Part shown: positions 24,794 through 28,470 of the stretch, piece by piece
Layout: each line of letters opens with the position of its first letter
How positions within the stretch are numbered: position 1 is the first letter of the stretch
Assembly (NCBI GenBank): GCA_003693875.1
Contig: RFLO01000041.1
Coordinates: 1-28,470 of the forward strand
DNA: 28,470 nucleotides
Origin: Candidatus Pacearchaeota archaeon
GTDB lineage: Archaea; Nanobdellota; Nanobdellia; Pacearchaeales; GW2011-AR1
Direction: 5' to 3'
Notes under the pieces: model-generated
Told to the model about the DNA's origin: nothing
The model's database searches: none
Seen by the model: only the letters and a program-made list of their open reading frames with translations
Translations under genes and position numbers: made by a program

Positions 24794-26094
24794 TGGCATT
24801 TGACATAATTATCGGAAGAGATGCAAGTGACAAAAAAAACTTCGGAAAGCGCGGCCTTGCCTTCATCGGAAAAAGCTATGTAAAGATGGGCAATTATACT
24901 TCACTCTCAAACAAAATATTTCTTGACATAGCAAGAACTCACGTCATCCTAATTTCTGGAAAACGTGGTAGCGGAAAATCGTATACCATAGGAACTATAG
25001 CAGAAGCCCTAAGCGACCTTGGAAGCGAAGAATCTGGAAACATTGCCTCTTTAATTTTTGACACTATGGGAATCTTTTGGACGATGAAGTTCAAAAACGA
25101 AAAAGACAAAAACCTCTTAGCAGAGTGGGAGCTAAAACCAAAAAACCTGCCAATAGAAGTTTTCTCACCTTTTGGTTACTTAAAAGAGTATCAACAGGCA
25201 GGAATAAGTGTGGACAAAGAGTTTGCAATAAAAATCTCAGACCTCGAAGCATCAGACTGGATAAGCCTTTTCAACCTAAACTTTACAGAGCCAACAGCTG
25301 TCCTAATAGAAGAAGTTATAACAAAGTTAAAAGAAAAAGAAAGCTTCAATTTTGGTGATATTTTCTCTGAAATTCAGGAAACAAAAAACACAAGCCAGGA
25401 TACAAAGAATGCCTGCATTGCACTTTTTCAAGCCGCAAAAACTTGGAAAATTTTTGATGAAAAAAAAGGGACTCCAATAGATGAACTAATATCTGCCGGC
25501 AAAACCTCAGTAATTGACCTTTCTATGTATGCTTCTGTGGGCTCGTTTAATATCCGCGGCCTTGTAATTAGCCTTGTCTCAAAAAAATTATTCACAAGAA
25601 GAATGGAAGAAAGAAAAAAAGAAGAAATACAATCCATCCAACACGGCATCAATTACGAAAGATACACCATAAGACGAAAACTCCCTCTTGTCTGGATTTT
25701 TATTGATGAGGCACATGAATTCCTACCCCTAAATGGAAAAACACCTGCAACAGATGCCTTAGTTCAACTGCTAAGAGAAGGTCGCCAGCCTGGAATTTCC
25801 CTTGTCCTTGCAACACAGCAACCTGGAAAAATTCACACAGATGCAATGACTCAGTCAGATATTGTAATCTCCCACAGGGTAACTGCAAAACCAGACGTAG
25901 AGGCACTCAACTCAATTTCACAATCCTATCTTTACGAAAGTATAGTTGATAAAATAAACCAGCTGCCAAAACTAAAAGGTTCTGCTATAATCCTTGATGA
26001 CAACTCAGAAAGGATATACCCTGTAAGAATTAGGCCACGTTTCACATGGCACGGGGGCGAGTCTCCTGCTGCAATAAAAAGGTCAGAAGAATAA
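24793..26094 (+). CDS. HerA/FtsK-superfamily (DUF87-like) P-loop ATPase lacking the HAS barrel
   Basis: Walker A SGKRGSGKS, IFDTMG, Walker B WIFIDEAHEFLP, LREGRQPGISLVLATQQP. TAATG coupling to the upstream pilin. Confidence 0.92.
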   Translation: MAFDIIIGRDASDKKNFGKRGLAFIGKSYVKMGNYTSLSNKIFLDIARTHVILISGKRGSGKSYTIGTIAEALSDLGSEESGNIASLIFDTMGIFWTMKFKNEKDKNLLAEWELKPKNLPIEVFSPFGYLKEYQQAGISVDKEFAIKISDLEASDWISLFNLNFTEPTAVLIEEVITKLKEKESFNFGDIFSEIQETKNTSQDTKNACIALFQAAKTWKIFDEKKGTPIDELISAGKTSVIDLSMYASVGSFNIRGLVISLVSKKLFTRRMEERKKEEIQSIQHGINYERYTIRRKLPLVWIFIDEAHEFLPLNGKTPATDALVQLLREGRQPGISLVLATQQPGKIHTDAMTQSDIVISHRVTAKPDVEALNSISQSYLYESIVDKINQLPKLKGSAIILDDNSERIYPVRIRPRFTWHGGESPAAIKRSEE

Positions 26095-26097
26095 CTC

Positions 26098-26880
26098 CTA
26101 TCTTACAACAAAGCTTGCTCTTACCCTAAACCTCTTATACCCAATATCTCCTGCCGTTTTCAAATTGAGGTCTTTAACCCTACCTCCAATCTCCCTTTTT
26201 ATCTCTTCTTCTACACTTTTTTTATCTCCAAAACCATGATAAAAAATCTTCGTTCCTTTTTTTGAAAGCTTCAAAGCAGTTTTCAAGAAAGTCTCTTTAA
26301 TGTTTGGCCGCGGCATCACTATGAAGTCAAATTTTCCAAGCTTCTTTTTCGGCAAATCCCTTGCATCACCTTCCACAAATTCAATAAAATCCAAGACCTT
26401 ATTAAGCTTGGCATTCCTTTTTGCAGCTAAAAAAGCATCGGGATTAAGCTCATTTAAAAAAATCCTCAATTTTTTCTTTCTTGCTTTTGCCATCTTAGCT
26501 AAAACTATCGGGTAAGGGCCGACGCCTGCAAACATTACAAGAACACGAAAAGATTTTTTCTTCGATCCCAAAATCTCGCGGCTTATTTCAAGACGTTCAT
26601 TTGAAAGCCGTGGAGAAAAATACGTCTTGTCCACATTAAACTCAAAAATACATCCACTCTCCTTATAACGCGCAACATTGGTTCTCTCTCCTGCAAGGTG
26701 CTTCAACTTAGGCACCCTCAGTTCTCCAGAAAAGCCCTCCACTTTTTCCAAGACCGTCCGAACATTCCGATTATGTCTTAAAAACCTCCATGCAAGAAAT
26801 TTCTTCTTTAAAAGCCACATCCCCCTTGGAAATTTCAAAATAGCAATGTTTCCTAAAATGTCTTGGGGAATTTTTCTCAT
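26098..26880 (-). CDS. trm5: Trm5/Taw22-family (Met-10+) SAM-dependent tRNA position-37 methyltransferase, short form without D1 domain
   Basis: DILGNIAI, KESGCIFEFNVDKTYFSPRLSNER, VLVMFAGVGPY, NELNPDA, MPRP. Confidence 0.82.
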   Translation of the reverse strand: MRKIPQDILGNIAILKFPRGMWLLKKKFLAWRFLRHNRNVRTVLEKVEGFSGELRVPKLKHLAGERTNVARYKESGCIFEFNVDKTYFSPRLSNERLEISREILGSKKKSFRVLVMFAGVGPYPIVLAKMAKARKKKLRIFLNELNPDAFLAAKRNAKLNKVLDFIEFVEGDARDLPKKKLGKFDFIVMPRPNIKETFLKTALKLSKKGTKIFYHGFGDKKSVEEEIKREIGGRVKDLNLKTAGDIGYKRFRVRASFVVR

Positions 26881-26910
26881 AAAAAAGAAAAAAACTCGTC
26901 CTATAAAAGA

Positions 26911-27363
26911 CTATCTTTTCAAATGAAGCCTGTAATAGCCAACAAAAATTGAAACCAAAAGAGCGATTCCAATAAAAAGTGCTCTTTGAGCATAACTTAC
27001 AACTGACCACCCCTTGCTCGCTCCCAAGATGACATACCAAAACCCGGCAATTAAAAGGCTAAAATATATCCAAGCAGGGCCACCAATAGCAGATAAAAGG
27101 ATTAAAACAATGCCAATAGAAACATAGATATAAAACCGTTCAGTCAAAAAAGGTTCCATTTCCTCCTTTTCAAAACGGTCATAACATTTCGGGCTTTGCG
27201 GTTCAAGATTTTTTTTCTTACAAAAATTATCGTGATAACCATCTTTTTCTTGCGGATTGCTATGAACCGCTTCAACGACAAGATAAAGAAAAAGGATTAA
27301 TACTATAGAAACTCCAATGGTCATAATAACAGAGAGAATTTTCCGGCCCATATCACTTTCCAT
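26911..27363 (-). CDS. Hypothetical 4-TM membrane protein with a Cys-pair extracellular loop
   Basis: Four hydrophobic segments. TTTATAAA at 27392-27385 supports the ATG at 27363. Confidence 0.75.
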   Translation of the reverse strand: MESDMGRKILSVIMTIGVSIVLILFLYLVVEAVHSNPQEKDGYHDNFCKKKNLEPQSPKCYDRFEKEEMEPFLTERFYIYVSIGIVLILLSAIGGPAWIYFSLLIAGFWYVILGASKGWSVVSYAQRALFIGIALLVSIFVGYYRLHLKR

Positions 27364-27393
27364 ACCTATCACAACCAGAAATCATTTATAAAG

Positions 27394-28470
27394 TTAACTA
27401 TAAGGGTCAAATTCCTCTTTCTTCTCGACTTTATTTTTTTGAAATTCTTTTTTTGGAACCGGTTTACCCCCAACAACACGGCTTGAAGAAAAAACAGCCG
27501 GGACTTCCTTAACAGTCGGCCTTCGCACAAGAGGTTGTATCTGACTTTTCTTTGGTTGAGGACTAACAAGAGAAGATGTTGGCTTTTGGATTGGTCCTTG
27601 GACAGGCGGTCTTTGGATTGGTTTTTGGAAGGGTGGATTTTGCGCCGGTTTTTGGACAGGTTTTTGTTGGACAGGAACATTTCTTTTAATAGCAATACCT
27701 GCATAATTTGCCGGATGAGCATAATTTACTGCAGTCTTATAATCCCGATTTGAAAGTCCCCCAGATTCTGCCACAGATTTTTGAGCGGGTTGTTGTATTT
27801 GTGGTTTCGTTTCAGAAACTGGCCTTCTTGCTGTAATCGGAACCCCTTTTAGGGTCCGTCCAATCGGAACATTGGGTTTTTGAACGGGTTTGATACTTGC
27901 CGGCAACTGAGTTTGTTTTTGCAACGTTGTAGGCGCCCTAACCTGCCGGGGGGGCTGACTTGCAGGCAGCCTAAGCCTATAAGACCTTGGAACATATGTG
28001 TTAAAAGCCCCCACTGGAACAGGCCTTGTTGTGCTCACCGGACTTGAAGGCTTTACTTCCGCAGGCTTTACGGGCGATTCTTCTCCTTCTCTTTTCCGCT
28101 TTAACTCATAAAAATATCCAAAAGCAATAGAAAAAATAACTCCGATAAGCAGAACCCAGAACCCAAGTTTAGCTGGAACAAACTCTCCAACAGTTTTTTC
28201 AGTCTTACCCTCATCTTTTGGAATCTCTTCACTGACTGGAGGGGTGGTTTCGTTTACGCCTGGTTGTCTTATCTTCTCTCTATAAAAAATTGCATATTTC
28301 CTTGTCTTGGTAAAGTTAAGTTCAATAACAAAGTCGTCTCCGGAAAGTCTATCAATATTTACTCTTGCAAGTTGGCTAACCCCAACCTCTTTTGAGATTC
28401 CAAGATTCTTAAAGTAAAATGTTGCGCCCTTATCTGAAACCTTCCTTACAACCAGCAAATATTCTTTTCC
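27394..28470 (-). CDS. 5'-partial single-pass membrane protein: extracellular beta domain, TM, then about 237-aa Pro/Gln/Lys-rich tail
   Basis: The frame stays open to the window edge (GKEYLLVVRK...). TM LGFWVLLIGVIFSIAFGYFY is followed by KRKR, then low-complexity QKP repeats. Confidence 0.85.
   Translation of the reverse strand, partial: GKEYLLVVRKVSDKGATFYFKNLGISKEVGVSQLARVNIDRLSGDDFVIELNFTKTRKYAIFYREKIRQPGVNETTPPVSEEIPKDEGKTEKTVGEFVPAKLGFWVLLIGVIFSIAFGYFYELKRKREGEESPVKPAEVKPSSPVSTTRPVPVGAFNTYVPRSYRLRLPASQPPRQVRAPTTLQKQTQLPASIKPVQKPNVPIGRTLKGVPITARRPVSETKPQIQQPAQKSVAESGGLSNRDYKTAVNYAHPANYAGIAIKRNVPVQQKPVQKPAQNPPFQKPIQRPPVQGPIQKPTSSLVSPQPKKSQIQPLVRRPTVKEVPAVFSSSRVVGGKPVPKKEFQKNKVEKKEEFDPYS

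Noticed and set aside
24793-26094. Canonical HerA-NurA DNA repair module
   Set aside because: No HAS barrel and no nurA/mre11/rad50 in the neighbourhood.
26300-27753. Track ORFs 26300, 26678, 26771, 27369 and 27535
   Set aside because: They are antisense or off-frame shadows of trm5, the membrane protein and the Pro/Gln-rich gene.
1-28470. CRISPR array, rRNA, diversity-generating retroelement or provirus
   Set aside because: No spaced repeat array, rRNA-like region, reverse transcriptase, TR/VR repeat pair or viral hallmark genes were seen.

Overview
Archaeal DPANN window, most consistent with Pacearchaeota/Woesearchaeota. Evidence: aIF5B, eL42, divergent eS1, Dph2 fragment, Trm5, TATA-box promoters and many class III signal-peptide proteins. 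Standard code 11. The window is dominated by a surface-appendage locus. It has 10 prepilin-like genes, a VirB11/TadA-type assembly ATPase, two TadC/T2SSF platform proteins, a translationally coupled HerA/FtsK-like ATPase, and a GT2-GtrA plus GT-C glycosylation cassette. A signal-peptide-bearing, Cys-rich giant ORF (>1551 aa, minus strand, runs off the left edge) is absent from the ORF track. The pilus operon is split between the ATPase and the platform genes by a 2.45-kb cassette of two divergent ATP-grasp ligases (PGM1-like and CphA/GshF-like). The cassette is bounded by TAATGG direct repeats, and removing it restores a TAATG stop-start overlap. Reading by hand also gave an atypical tRNA-Val(GAC), a 28-aa signal-only micro-pilin directly behind the tRNA, a 34-aa 50% K/R ribosomal-protein-like ORF, a 53-aa helical ORF and a 17-bp tandem duplication that truncates a pilin. 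Housekeeping genes (rpl44e, rps3ae, ndk, infB, DEDDh exonuclease, trm5) are interspersed. All family assignments come from motif recognition by eye; no database searches were run.
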